Below are positions 10,700 to 22,206 of a DNA stretch of 64,000 bases, piece after piece (the stretch's first letter is position 1; every line of letters begins with the position of its first letter). The notes under the pieces were generated by a model. That model worked only from the letters and a program-made list of their open reading frames with translations, had not been told where the DNA came from and did no database searches. Position numbers and translations under genes: made by a program. The stretch lies in contig DATKAB010000093.1 of NCBI GenBank assembly GCA_035498555.1, forward strand, positions 27,675-91,674, read 5' to 3'. This DNA is from Candidatus Sulfotelmatobacter sp. Its GTDB lineage: Bacteria; Eisenbacteria; RBG-16-71-46.

Positions 10700-11882
10700 C
10701 GCCACCGGACATTTCGGCCCCTACGGAGGCCGCTTCGTTCCCGAGACCCTGATCTCGGCGCTCGATCAGCTCGAAGCCGAGTACGCCCGCGCCCAGTCCG
10801 ACCCCGCGTTTCGCGCCGAGCTGGACACGACCCTGCGCGACTTCGCCGGACGCCCGACGCCGCTGATCGAAGTGCGCCGATTCTCGGAGCGCGCCGGGTG
10901 CCGCGTGTTCCTCAAACGCGAGGACCTCTTGCACACCGGCGCTCACAAGATCAACAACACGATCGGCCAATGCCTCCTGACGCGCCGCATGGGCAAGCCG
11001 CGCGTCGTCGCCGAAACCGGGGCCGGCCAGCACGGGGTCGCCACCGCGGCCGCCGCAGCGCGGTTCGGGCTCGAGTGCACGGTCTACATGGGGGTCGAGG
11101 ACGCGCGGCGCCAGCACCTGAACGTCGAGCGCATGAAGCTGATGGGTGCCGATGTGCGCGAAGTGGACTCCGGCAGCAGAACGCTGAAGGACGCGATCAA
11201 CGAGGCGCTGCGTGACTGGGTGACGCGCGTGCGCGACACGCACTACGTGCTCGGCTCGGTGCTCGGCCCGCATCCGTTTCCCATGATGGTCCGCGACTTC
11301 CACAAGGTGATCGGGGAGGAGGCGAGGCGCCAGTTCGCGGATAGGGCCGGAGGCCTGCCGGACCTGCTGGTGGCCTGCGTCGGCGGCGGCAGCAACGCGA
11401 TCGGCCTGTTCGACGCGTTCCTCGACGACTCGAACGTCCGCAAGGTCGGAGTCGAGGCCGGCGGGCTCGGCCTCGAGAGCGGCAGGCACGCAGCGCGCTT
11501 CGCCGATCCCAGCGTGGGCGTGCTGCACGGCACGCGCACGCTGGTGCTGCAGGATGAGCGCGGCATGATCCGCGAGACCCACTCGGTCTCGGCGGGGCTC
11601 GACTATCCGGCCCTCGGCCCGGAGCACGCCTGGCTCGCGTCGCAACACCTGGTCGAATACTCCTCGGCCACTGACGACGAGGCGCTCGACGCGTTCCAGA
11701 CGCTCGCCCGGCTCGAAGGCATCCTTCCGGCGCTCGAGAGCGCACACGCGCTCGCCTGGTTGCTGCGTGAAGGCCCGAAGCTCGGCCGCGACGCCCGGGT
11801 GCTGGTCAACCTCTCGGGCCGGGGCGACAAGGACGTGAGCGAGGTGTTGCGGGTACTGGGGACGCGGGCCACCCAGGCGTAG
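10677..11882 (+). CDS. trpB: Tryptophan synthase beta chain
   Basis: 401 aa with the PLP-lysine region HTGAHKINN and [14 protein letters not shown]-terminus. Confidence 0.93.
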   Translation: MTRTARPDATGHFGPYGGRFVPETLISALDQLEAEYARAQSDPAFRAELDTTLRDFAGRPTPLIEVRRFSERAGCRVFLKREDLLHTGAHKINNTIGQCLLTRRMGKPRVVAETGAGQHGVATAAAAARFGLECTVYMGVEDARRQHLNVERMKLMGADVREVDSGSRTLKDAINEALRDWVTRVRDTHYVLGSVLGPHPFPMMVRDFHKVIGEEARRQFADRAGGLPDLLVACVGGGSNAIGLFDAFLDDSNVRKVGVEAGGLGLESGRHAARFADPSVGVLHGTRTLVLQDERGMIRETHSVSAGLDYPALGPEHAWLASQHLVEYSSATDDEALDAFQTLARLEGILPALESAHALAWLLREGPKLGRDARVLVNLSGRGDKDVSEVLRVLGTRATQA

Positions 11883-12008
11883 CCCATTTTCGAACCTAGG
11901 GCTTCCGCAACCTCGATCCGCCAGGACGGCGGAGCGAGGTGAGGACGAGCGAGCCGGAGCAGGATGCGGAGGCGAAGCGGAGCCCGACGGTTCGAAAATG
12001 GGCTACGC
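11877..12008. repeat. Perfect 20-bp inverted repeat (GCGTAGCCCATTTTCGAACC / GGTTCGAAAATGGGCTACGC) flanking a ~92-nt purine-rich spacer between convergent trpB and the aldehyde dehydrogenase
   Basis: Read directly from the sequence. The arms extend imperfectly to about 30 bp, and the left arm contains the trpB TAG stop. Confidence 0.6.
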
Positions 12009-12028
12009 CTGGGTGGCCCGTGGTTTCC

Positions 12029-13384
12029 CTACTTCACCCACACCGTCTTCACGTTCACGAACGAACGCAGGCCCTCGAGTCCCAGCTCGCGACCGTAGCC
12101 CGAGCGCTTGACGCCGCCGAACGGCAGCCGCGGGTCCGACTTCACGATGCCGTTCACGAATGCGCAGCCGACCGCGAGCCGTTCGGCGAGCGCGCAACCG
12201 CGCGTCGCGTCGCGCGTCCATACGCTGGCGCCGAGGCCGAAGTTCGAGCGATTGGCGAGCGCCACCGCCTCGTCCGCGTCGCCAGCCACGATCAGGGCGG
12301 CGAGCGGTCCGAAGGTTTCCTCATCGAACGCCGGCATGCCGGGCGTGACGCGCGACAGCACGGTGGGCGCGTAGAAGTAGCCGGCACCGGGCATCGGTTG
12401 CCCGCCGCACAGGATGCGCGCGCCCTTCTCGACCGAGCGCATCACCTGCGCGTGGAGATCGTCGCGCAGGTCGGGGCGCGCGAGCGGCCCGACCTGCACC
12501 GAGCGATCGAGCGGGTCGCCGACTTTGAGCGCGCGCATCCGCCGCACGAATCCCGCGGTGAACGGCTCGAGGATCGTGGCCTCGACGATGAATCGTTTGG
12601 CGGCGATGCAGCTCTGGCCGTTGTTCTGAACGCGCGCCGTCACCGCCTGGTCGAGGGTGCGATCGAGATCGGCGTCGGCCAGCACGAGAAAGGCGTCGGA
12701 CCCGCCCAGCTCCAGCACCGCGGGTTTGAGCGCGCGGCCCGCGGCGGCGCCGACCGAGATCCCGGCCGCCTCGCTACCGGTCAGGCTCACGGCCGCGAGC
12801 TCGGGGCGCGCGATCAACCCCTCGACCGCCGCCGCCGGCGCGAGCAGCGTCGCGAACAGTCCGGGCGGCAGCGACGAGGCGAATGCCCGCTCGATCTCGA
12901 GGGCGCAACCCCAGACGTTCGATGCGTGTTTCAGTACCACCGCATTTCCTGCCAGCAGTGCCGGCGCCGCGCAGCGGAACACCTGCCAGTACGGGAAGTT
13001 CCACGGCATCACCGCCAGCACCACGCCGAGCGGCTCGTAACGGACGAAGCTCTCCGACGCGTCGCTCGGCGCCGGCGTGGGGGAGAGCATCGCCGGACCG
13101 TGCTCGGCGTAGTGAGCGCAGACCCAGGCGCACTTCTCGACTTCCGCCTCGGCCTGAGCGACCGGTTTTCCCATCTCGAGGGTCGCGAGTCGCGCCAGTT
13201 CGTCGCGTCGAGCGCGCAGCGTGGCCGCGACGCCGGCCAGGGCAGCCGCTCGATCTCGCGGCGAGGCCGCTTGCCACAGTCGCTGCGCCGCCACCGCCGC
13301 GATCAGCCGCCGCCCGATTTCCTGCGGCGCGTGCGGCGCGTGCTCGGCCAGCGTCGTGCCGGTGGACGGATTGATGGAAGCCAC
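12029..13384 (-). CDS. NAD(P)+-dependent aldehyde dehydrogenase (succinate-semialdehyde dehydrogenase-like)
   Basis: 451 aa with the ALDH glutamate/cysteine active-site region (ELGGSDAF, FxNxGQSCIAAKRF). GTG start. Confidence 0.85.
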   Translation of the reverse strand: MASINPSTGTTLAEHAPHAPQEIGRRLIAAVAAQRLWQAASPRDRAAALAGVAATLRARRDELARLATLEMGKPVAQAEAEVEKCAWVCAHYAEHGPAMLSPTPAPSDASESFVRYEPLGVVLAVMPWNFPYWQVFRCAAPALLAGNAVVLKHASNVWGCALEIERAFASSLPPGLFATLLAPAAAVEGLIARPELAAVSLTGSEAAGISVGAAAGRALKPAVLELGGSDAFLVLADADLDRTLDQAVTARVQNNGQSCIAAKRFIVEATILEPFTAGFVRRMRALKVGDPLDRSVQVGPLARPDLRDDLHAQVMRSVEKGARILCGGQPMPGAGYFYAPTVLSRVTPGMPAFDEETFGPLAALIVAGDADEAVALANRSNFGLGASVWTRDATRGCALAERLAVGCAFVNGIVKSDPRLPFGGVKRSGYGRELGLEGLRSFVNVKTVWVK

Positions 13385-13477
13385 GGCGCGAGGATATCAG
13401 CGGCGCCGCCGCGACGCGCGAGTGGTCGCCGTCACGAGTGACGCATGCGCGGTCGTGTGCTATAAACGCTGACCTGC

Positions 13478-13554
13478 GCGCCCGTAGCTCAATTGGATAG
13501 AGCGTTAGCCTCCGGAGCTAAAGGTTACAGGTTCGATTCCTGTCGGGCGCACCA
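13478..13554 (+). tRNA. tRNA-Arg (anticodon CCG)
   Basis: Cloverleaf GCGCCCG / D-arm / anticodon loop CTCCGGA (CCG) / T-arm GGTTCGATTCC / CGGGCGC-A-CCA. A 7-bp acceptor stem pairs perfectly and CCA is encoded. Confidence 0.85.
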
Positions 13555-13579
13555 CCCTCCCGCCCCAGGCTCCGTTCAA

Positions 13580-14602
13580 ATGCCGGCACCTCCCGCTTCG
13601 TCCGGTCGTTTCCAGCCCCATGCCGCCCGCGAAATGGCGAGCATGTTCGACGACGTCTCGGGACGCTACGACCTCATCAACCGGCTGATGACCCTCGGCC
13701 AGGACGGCGCCTGGCGGGCGGCGATGGCGCACGCCGTGCCGTCGCGCGCGCGCGTCGTGCTCGATCTCTGCACGGGCAGCGGGGTCTCGCTCGCCGGCCT
13801 GACGCGACCGGGGCGCCTCGTGATCGGCGCCGACGTGAGCCTGCGCATGCTTTCCGCCGCCGCCGATCGCTTCGGCGGACCGGGCTGGGCGCCGCGCCTG
13901 GTGTGCGGCGACGCCTTTCGGCTGCCGCTCTCGCCGGGCTCGGTGGATGCGGTGACGATCGGCTTCGGCATGCGCAATCTGCGGCCGCGCGCCACAGCCC
14001 TCGCCGAACTCTCGCGCGTGCTCGCTCCGGGGGGGACGCTGGTGGTGCTCGAAGCGTGCGCGCCCGGCCATGGCGCGTTCGCGCCGATTCATCGCCTGCA
14101 TCTGCGCTACGGCGTGCCGCTGCTCGGCCGGTTGTCGGCCGACCCCAGTGCCTACGTCTATCTGCGTGACTCGATCTTCGAGTTCGGCGACGGCCGGGAG
14201 TTCGACCGCGATCTGGCCGCAGCCGGCTACTCGATCGAGCGCCGCCAGTCGTTCCTGTTCGGCGCCACTCAGATGTGGGTGGCGCGAACGGGTGAGTCCG
14301 CTCAGAGTTCGTTGCAACCTGCACGCGGGGGGGCTCTCAAACGGGGCGAATTGCCCCACCCGGGGAGAGCCGCCGACGGGGAGTGGACCCTGTGGTCGGG
14401 GGTTCAGCTGGTGGTCGCCTGGACCCTGTTCGCGGCCCTGGTCATCGGCCTGATTCGGTTCGCCGGCGCGGCCAAGGTGTTGCCACTGGAGCCCTGGCAG
14501 AAGTGGGCACTGGGAATTCTGCTGGCCATCGGTGCCGTGTTCTTCGGCGTTCGGAGCATGATTCTGACCCTGCGGCGCGACACGCCGCGTCCGCCCCGCT
14601 AG
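13580..14602 (+). CDS. UbiE/MenG-like class I SAM-dependent methyltransferase fused to a C-terminal two-TM segment
   Basis: FDDVSGRYDLINRLMTLGQDGAWR, LDLCTGSG and GFGMRNL motifs of the UbiE family. About 100 aa of C-terminal hydrophobic extension. The start is set downstream of the tRNA (ATG 13580; ATG 13634 is also possible). Confidence 0.75.
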   Translation: MPAPPASSGRFQPHAAREMASMFDDVSGRYDLINRLMTLGQDGAWRAAMAHAVPSRARVVLDLCTGSGVSLAGLTRPGRLVIGADVSLRMLSAAADRFGGPGWAPRLVCGDAFRLPLSPGSVDAVTIGFGMRNLRPRATALAELSRVLAPGGTLVVLEACAPGHGAFAPIHRLHLRYGVPLLGRLSADPSAYVYLRDSIFEFGDGREFDRDLAAAGYSIERRQSFLFGATQMWVARTGESAQSSLQPARGGALKRGELPHPGRAADGEWTLWSGVQLVVAWTLFAALVIGLIRFAGAAKVLPLEPWQKWALGILLAIGAVFFGVRSMILTLRRDTPRPPR

Positions 14603-14615
14603 TCCCAAGCGGCGC

Positions 14616-14630
14616 TGGCACATGCGTTGC
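14616..14630 (+). promoter_or_regulatory. Sigma-54 (-24/-12) promoter TGGCAC-N5-TTGC upstream of the GAF-GGDEF gene
   Basis: Exact match to the TGGCACG-N4-TTGC-type consensus spacing, 40 nt upstream of ATG 14673. Confidence 0.5.
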
Positions 14631-14672
14631 GTTTCCTGGGTGGGATTCTCACGCCTGGAGACCGGCACGACC

Positions 14673-15683
14673 ATGCTTTCCCGCGAGCGCATCATCGAGA
14701 CGCTGCTCGAGCTGACCGACCGCACCGGCGGCCGGTCGCGCGAAGCGTTGCTCGAGAAACTCCTGCGCAACGCGCTGGCGCTCGCCGAGTGCGACGGCGT
14801 GGTGGTGGTCGCGACCCAGAACCGCCAGACCGAACGCCTGTGGCTGCGCCGCGGCCAGCCACGCTGCGAGCGCGCGCCGTTCCGCGGCCCGGTCAGCGAG
14901 TTCGTGCGGTTGCTGCAGCGCCACGATCATCCGCTTGCCCTCGCCGATGTCGGCGCGGACGGCCGCATGTCGGCCGAGGAGCTGTGCCCGGGAGTCGAGG
15001 GCGGACCGGCGCTGTTCGTGCCGCTGCGCTTCCGCGAGAATGGCCCGGCGTGGCTGGCGGTGTTCCGCCGCCGCGGCGGCGCGCGCTTCGGCCCCGAGGA
15101 CACCGCGCTGGTGACCATGCTCGCGGCGTGGGCGGCGATGGCCGTCGAGAATCTTCGGCTCTCGGAGAGCCTCGAGCGGCTCGCGGTCACCGACGATCTC
15201 ACCCAGGTCTACAACTATCGCTTCCTCAAGACCGCGCTGCGGCGTGAGATCAAGCGCGCCGGGCGATTCGGGCAAGTGCTGTCGCTGATCATGCTCGACG
15301 TCGACAATCTCAAGACCTACAACGACCAGCACGGCCACCTGCGCGGCAGCCACTTGCTGCGCGAGATGGCCGGCCTGCTCGCCGAGCAGGTGCGCTCGTT
15401 CGATCTGGTGGCGAAATACGGTGGCGACGAATTCTCGATCATTCTGCCGCAGACCGAACGCGAGGGCGCGATGGTGGTGGCCCAGCGCGTGCGGTCCGCG
15501 ATCGAGCGGCATGCGTTCCCGCTGGTCGCCGCCGGACAGATCACGGTGAGCCTCGGGCTCGCGCTGTTCCCGAGCGACGGCTCCGACGTGACCAGCCTGA
15601 TCCAGGCCGCGGACCGCGCGCTCTACCTCGCCAAGAAGAACGGCCGAAATCGCGTGGAAGTCGTGGAGGCGCGGGCGGCCTAG
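14673..15683 (+). CDS. GAF domain-containing diguanylate cyclase (GGDEF)
   Basis: C-terminal GGDEF domain (RYGGDEFSIILPQT, product-binding RxxD) and an N-terminal GAF-like domain. The alternative upstream start at 14622 overlaps the promoter element. Confidence 0.85.
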   Translation: MLSRERIIETLLELTDRTGGRSREALLEKLLRNALALAECDGVVVVATQNRQTERLWLRRGQPRCERAPFRGPVSEFVRLLQRHDHPLALADVGADGRMSAEELCPGVEGGPALFVPLRFRENGPAWLAVFRRRGGARFGPEDTALVTMLAAWAAMAVENLRLSESLERLAVTDDLTQVYNYRFLKTALRREIKRAGRFGQVLSLIMLDVDNLKTYNDQHGHLRGSHLLREMAGLLAEQVRSFDLVAKYGGDEFSIILPQTEREGAMVVAQRVRSAIERHAFPLVAAGQITVSLGLALFPSDGSDVTSLIQAADRALYLAKKNGRNRVEVVEARAA

Positions 15684-15729
15684 GCTTTGACCCTTTCGAA
15701 ACGCGGCTGATAGACTTCGCCGCCGCGGA

Positions 15730-15755
15730 CGTGGAGACCACGTTCGCGTTTTTTC
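15730..15755 (+). terminator. Rho-independent terminator-like hairpin plus T6 tract after the GGDEF gene
   Basis: ACGTGG-AGA-CCACGT stem-loop followed by TCGCG and TTTTTT. Confidence 0.5.
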
Positions 15756-15774
15756 AGTCAGCCCAAAGGGAGTT

Positions 15775-16815
15775 GTGGTGACCGACACGATCGGAATCGC
15801 GGTGGTGGGAACCGGCGACTGGGGCGCCAATCTGGTGCGCAATTTCTCGCGCTTGCCAGGCTCCCGGCTGGTCGCATTGTGCGACGCCGATCCGGCGCGC
15901 CTCTCGAAGACCGTCGCCCAGTACCCCGGCACGCGCGCGATGGCGCACGTCGACGAGGTCTGCGCCGCCGCGGACGTCCACGGCGTGGTGATCGCCGCCT
16001 CGGCAGTGAACCACTATCCGCTCGCCAAGCAATTGCTGGAGGCGGGCAAAGACGTCTACGTCGAGAAGCCGCTCACGCTGCAGGTGAACCACGCCGAGGA
16101 GCTGGTCCGGCTGGCCCGCGAACGGAACCGCATCCTGATGGTCGGGCATCTGCTCCTCTACCACCCGGGCGTTCAGTACCTGAAGCGCCTGGTGGACCAG
16201 GGCGATCTCGGCGATCTCCACTACATCTATTCGCAGCGAGTCAATCTTGGCAAGGTTCGCCGCGACGAGAACGCGCTGTGGAGCTTTGCTCCGCACGATC
16301 TCTCCGTGGTGCTCCACCTGCTGGGGACCGAGCCGATCGACGTGGTCGCGCGGGGCTCGGCTTTCCTTCAGCCCAAGGTCGAAGACGTGGTATTCGTCGA
16401 CCTGCGCTTCCCAGGCGGCAAGCTCGCGCACGTCCACGTCTCCTGGCTCGATCCGCACAAGCTGCGCAAGTTCACCGTGGTGGGCAGCCAGAAGATGGTG
16501 GTGTTCGATGACATGGAAGCCAGTGAGAAGATCAAGATCTACGACAAGGGCGTCGACAAGGGCGGCGAGATCGTGGGCTATGGCGACGCACTCACGGTGC
16601 GCAGCGGCGACATCCTGATCCCGAAGATCTCATTGCAGGAGCCGCTTCAGCTCGAGTGCCGCCACTTCGTGGACTGCATCCGCGAACGCAAGAAGCCGCT
16701 CACGGACGGCGAGGGCGGCCTGCGCGTGGTGCGCGTGCTGGCCGCGGCTCAGAGCTCGCTTCAGCAGGGCGGCGCGCCGGTGGCGATCGCCAGCCAGACC
16801 GCGGGGGTATCGTGA
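15775..16815 (+). CDS. Gfo/Idh/MocA-family NAD-dependent sugar oxidoreductase (WbpB-like UDP-sugar 3-dehydrogenase)
   Basis: GTG start with AAGGGAG RBS. N-terminal Rossmann GxGxxG (VVGTGDWGANLVRNF) and a Gfo/Idh/MocA C-terminal domain. It is followed by acetyltransferase and aminotransferase partners. Confidence 0.8.
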   Translation: MVTDTIGIAVVGTGDWGANLVRNFSRLPGSRLVALCDADPARLSKTVAQYPGTRAMAHVDEVCAAADVHGVVIAASAVNHYPLAKQLLEAGKDVYVEKPLTLQVNHAEELVRLARERNRILMVGHLLLYHPGVQYLKRLVDQGDLGDLHYIYSQRVNLGKVRRDENALWSFAPHDLSVVLHLLGTEPIDVVARGSAFLQPKVEDVVFVDLRFPGGKLAHVHVSWLDPHKLRKFTVVGSQKMVVFDDMEASEKIKIYDKGVDKGGEIVGYGDALTVRSGDILIPKISLQEPLQLECRHFVDCIRERKKPLTDGEGGLRVVRVLAAAQSSLQQGGAPVAIASQTAGVS

Positions 16816-17573
16816 GCACCAGCGTCATCCATCCCAGCGCCAGCCTCGGCGAAGGCACGACGCTCGGCGAGTACTGTGTGATCGGCCCGCAGGTGAGAGT
16901 CGGAAAGGGCTGCCGGATCGGGAACCACGTCGTGGTTCACGAGGGCACGATCGTCGCCGACACGGTGCGCATCGACGATCACGCCTCCCTCGGGAAGAAG
17001 CCGATGAAGGCCGCGAACTCCGCGACCACCAAGGAACAGGAGCTGCCGCCGCTCGAAGTGGGCGAGCTGTGCATCGTCGGCACCGGAGTGGTGCTGTACC
17101 GGGGCGCGAAGATCGACGCCAAGGTGCTGATGGCCGACCTCGCCACGGTCCGCGAGAACGTGTCGATCGGACGAGGAACGATCGTGGGTCGCGGCGTGAC
17201 CGTGGAAAACTTCTGCACGGTGGGCCGATACTGCAAGCTCGAGAGCGAGTGTTACATCACCGCCTATTCGACGCTCGAGGACCGCGTGTTCATCGCGCCC
17301 GGCGTGGTGACCTCGAACGACAACTACGTGGGCAGGACGGCCGAGCGCTTCAAGCACTTCAAGGGCGTGACGGTGAAGAAGGGCGGCCGGATCGGCGCCG
17401 GTACGGTGACGCTGCCGGGCGTCGTGATCGGCGAGGACGCGCTGGTGGCGGCCGGCTCGGTGGTGACGCGAGACGTTCCCGCCCGCAAGATCGTGATGGG
17501 CTGTCCGGCGCGCGCGCTGCGCGACGTGCCGGTGGAGCAGCTGCTCGAGAATCAGGGCTGGGTCGACGGCTAG
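16812..17573 (+). CDS. Left-handed beta-helix (hexapeptide-repeat) N-acetyltransferase (WbpD-like)
   Basis: Multiple [LIV]G-x4 hexapeptide repeats. GTG start overlapping the previous stop (GTGA). Confidence 0.8.
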   Translation: MSTSVIHPSASLGEGTTLGEYCVIGPQVRVGKGCRIGNHVVVHEGTIVADTVRIDDHASLGKKPMKAANSATTKEQELPPLEVGELCIVGTGVVLYRGAKIDAKVLMADLATVRENVSIGRGTIVGRGVTVENFCTVGRYCKLESECYITAYSTLEDRVFIAPGVVTSNDNYVGRTAERFKHFKGVTVKKGGRIGAGTVTLPGVVIGEDALVAAGSVVTRDVPARKIVMGCPARALRDVPVEQLLENQGWVDG

Positions 17574-17592
17574 AGCGCCGGGAGGAACTGCA

Positions 17593-18723
17593 ATGGCACC
17601 CGTGACCACCAAGACGGCGATCAACGTACCGCTGCTGGACCTCAAGGCTCAGTACGCCGATCTGCGCACCGAGATCGACGACGCGGTTCGCCGCGTCATG
17701 GAGAGCACGCGCTTCATCGGCGGGCCGGAAGTGACCGGGCTCGAGGAAGAGGTGGCCCGCTACTCGCAGACCCCGCACGCGGTCGCGTGTGCGTCGGGCA
17801 CCGACGCGTTGCTCATCTCGCTGTGGGCGCTGGGCGTCGGCCCCGGCGACGAGGTGATCACCAGCGCGTATTCGTTCTTCGCCAGCGCCGGGACCATCGC
17901 CAACAACGGCGCCACGCCGGTGTTCGTGGACATCGATCCGCGCACCTACAACCTCGACGTTCACAAGCTCGAGGCCGCGATCACGCCCCGCACCAAGGCG
18001 ATCGCGCCGGTGCATCTGTTCGGGCAGTGCGCCGACATGACTTCGATTCGTGCCATCGCCGAGCGGCACAAGGTGTGGGTGATCGAGGATGCGGCGCAGG
18101 CGATCGGATCGGAGTGGGAGGGACGGCGCGCCGGCTCGATGGGGGACTTCGGATGCTTCTCGTTCTTCCCGTCCAAGAACCTGGGCGGCGCCGGCGATGG
18201 CGGCATGATCGTGAGCGTCAACGCCGACTACGCCGACCGCGCTCGCCTGCTGTGCAATCACGGTGCCCGCCCGAAGTACTACCACGCGCTGATCGGCACC
18301 AATTCGCGGCTCGACTCGCTGCAGGCGGCCATCCTGCGCGTCAAACTCAAGCACCTCGATCGCTGGAGCGAGAAGCGCGCGCAGAACGCGCGCACCTACG
18401 ACGCGCTGTTCGAGGGTTCGCGTGTCGGCCGGCCGTTCCACGATCCGCGCACGCGCCACATCTACAATCAGTACGTGATTCGCAGCGACCGGCGCGACGA
18501 GCTGAAGAAGTTCCTGGACGAGCGCTCGATCGGGACCGAGGTCTACTACCCGGTGCCGCTCCACCTGCAGCAATGTTTCGCGTCGCTCGGCTACCGCGAG
18601 GGGGACATGGCGCAGGCGGAAGCCGCGGCCAAGGAGACCCTGGCGCTGCCGATCTACCCGGAGCTCACGGAGGACCAGATTCGCTACGTCGCGGCCTGCG
18701 TTCGGGAATTCTCCGACCACTGA
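17593..18723 (+). CDS. DegT/DnrJ/EryC1/StrS-family PLP-dependent sugar aminotransferase (WbpE-like)
   Basis: 376 aa with N-terminal LLDLKAQY and conserved DegT-family fold motifs. Confidence 0.85.
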   Translation: MAPVTTKTAINVPLLDLKAQYADLRTEIDDAVRRVMESTRFIGGPEVTGLEEEVARYSQTPHAVACASGTDALLISLWALGVGPGDEVITSAYSFFASAGTIANNGATPVFVDIDPRTYNLDVHKLEAAITPRTKAIAPVHLFGQCADMTSIRAIAERHKVWVIEDAAQAIGSEWEGRRAGSMGDFGCFSFFPSKNLGGAGDGGMIVSVNADYADRARLLCNHGARPKYYHALIGTNSRLDSLQAAILRVKLKHLDRWSEKRAQNARTYDALFEGSRVGRPFHDPRTRHIYNQYVIRSDRRDELKKFLDERSIGTEVYYPVPLHLQQCFASLGYREGDMAQAEAAAKETLALPIYPELTEDQIRYVAACVREFSDH

Positions 18724-18739
18724 GCCGCTGAACACCGAT

Positions 18740-18780
18740 CGGCGCGCCCCCACCTCCCCGCCCTGAGGCGGCGCGCCGTT
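18740..18780 (+). terminator. GC-rich hairpin (9-bp stem CGGCGCGCC/GGCGCGCCG, 21-nt loop) downstream of the aminotransferase gene
   Basis: Inverted repeat read from the sequence. There is no strong U-tract, which is common for high-GC terminators. Confidence 0.35.
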
Positions 18781-18832
18781 GACCCTCGCCACGCGCGGTC
18801 CACGCCCTGCGGCCCGCGCGAGGGTGACGTGC

Positions 18833-20760
18833 ATGGACGCTGCGAAGCGCGAGGCGTTGAGCTCGCTGCTGCGCCGCATCGACGACGTTCGAGGCCTGGC
18901 GGGGCGGCCCGATGCCGGCGTCGCGCTCGATCCCAGCGATCCCGACCACCTGCTGGCGACGCTGGGCGAGCTGGTCGACGAGCTCGAGCGCAGTCATCGG
19001 CGGCTGATCGAGACCAACGTTCAGCTGGTATCGCTGCGCGAGGTCGCCAGCAGCATGGTGAGCGCGCGCGACGCGGCCGAGACCACGCGCACCGTCACCC
19101 GCTACCTCAGTCACGCGTTTGGATTCCCCGACGTGCTGCTGGCGCTGGCCGATCGCGAGCGCCGCGCGCTGGCCGGAACCTGGACGTCCCGGCGCAACGG
19201 CCGCGAGCAGAGCGTGGCGTTCGAGGTTCCGCTGCTCGGGGACGGCGGCGCGATGGTGCGCGCGTTCTGGCTCAATCGCACGCTGTGGCAGCGCGACGTC
19301 CGCCGGCACCCCATCGCCGTGTTGCCCGACGGGCATCCGCTGGGCGACGTGCTCGATGGCGTCGTCGCGGCGCTGTGCGTGCCGCTCCAGCGCAGCCAGT
19401 CGCTGGTGCCGGGCGAGGACGCCCACGAGTTGTGCGGCGCGCGCTGCATCCTGGGAGACACCGCCATCCTCGTGCCTCCTCCGGGGCCGGCCGCCGACCG
19501 CTGGGCCTACGAGCGCGAAGAGCGCCAGGCCTGCTGTCTCGCCTGCGATCTGATGCCGCAGCTCGGGGTCATCGGCATCGCGGCCCATCGCGGCGAGCGC
19601 ACCATCGCCAACGACGACGGGCTCCTGCTCGAGTCGATTGCGTTGTCGGTGGCGCCGGTGGTCGAGAACGCGAAACTCGCCCAGGACCTGCGGCGGAGCG
19701 AGCGCTTTCGCGAACACGTGCTCGACAGCATGGCGAGCGGGTTGATCGTGGTGGACCTGCAGGGGCGCATCCTGACCTTCAACCACACCGCGGAGCAGCT
19801 GCTGGGCTGGTCGGAAGCCACGCTTCTGAATCGGCCGATGAGCGAAGTGCTGGGGGAGGAGGCCGAGCGACTGGTGCGCGGCACGCTCGAGCACGGACGT
19901 CTGGCTCTGCGCCAGGAGGTCACGCTACGGACCGAATCGGGCTCGCGCCTGCCGGCCAGCCTCACCACCTCGCTGCTGCGTCACGAGGGGCGAAACGTCT
20001 ATGGCACCATCATCACCTTCCTCGATCTCACGCCACTCAAGCGCGCCGAGGAACAGACGCGCCGGCTCGACCGGCTGGCCGCGCTGGGGCGCTTCACCTC
20101 GAGCGTGGCTCACGAGATCCGCAATCCGCTCACCGGGATCGCCGCCGGAGTCCAGTATCTGTCGCGTGCGCTGGGCGGCGACGGACCTCAGCGCGAGAAC
20201 CTCCAGTTCATCGAAAACGAGATCCGCCGCCTCGACCGGATCGTCCAGGACCTGTTCGACGTCACGCATCCACGCAAGCTGCAAGCGCGAGTGCTGCCGC
20301 TCGAGGACACCCTCGCGCGCGCCCTGCGCTGCGTGGAGGTCGCCTGCGCCGAGCGCGGCGTCACCGTCGAGTCGAGCGTCGCGCCGCGGACTCCTCCGGT
20401 GCCGCACGATCCCGACCAGCTCGAGCAGGTGTTCATCAATCTGCTGAAGAACGCCGCCGAAGCGTCGCCCTCGGGAGGCGTGATCAGGGTCTCGGTGCAG
20501 CCGGCGCCGGCGTCCGGCGGCCTCGCGGGCCCCGCGGTGAGCGTGCGCATTTGCGATCAGGGGCCGGGAATCCAGCCCGAGCACCTGAAGACCGTATTCG
20601 AGCCTTTCTTCACGACCAAGCAGGGGGGGTCGGGGCTCGGCCTCTACATCTCCCACGACATCGTCAAGCGGCATGGCGGCAATCTCACCGTTCACAACGA
20701 ACCCGCGCGAGGAGCCACGTTCGTCGTCGAGCTCCCGCTGGCACCCGACGGAGGACAGTC

Positions 20761-20764
<4 letters not shown>
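18833..20764 (+). CDS. Sensor histidine kinase with GAF and PAS domains
   Basis: HisKA H-box SVAHEIRNPL and HATPase_c G-boxes (GSGLGLYIS). N-terminal GAF/PAS-like sensory regions. ATG at 18833 was chosen within ORF 18779..20764. Confidence 0.8.
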
Positions 20765-22197
<1,433 letters not shown>

Positions 22198-22206
22198 GAT
22201 TCGCTC

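Noticed and set aside
11939-13441. 500-aa plus-strand ORF
   Set aside because: It is antisense to the aldehyde dehydrogenase and runs through the inverted-repeat element with low-complexity Arg/Ala/Gly translation.
13493-13579. Upstream start of the methyltransferase ORF
   Set aside because: It would overlap the tRNA-Arg gene. ATG 13580 (or 13634) was used instead.
14460-14500. Sigma-54-like TGGGCAC...TTCTGC
   Set aside because: The spacing and -12 element are imperfect and it lies inside the methyltransferase coding sequence.
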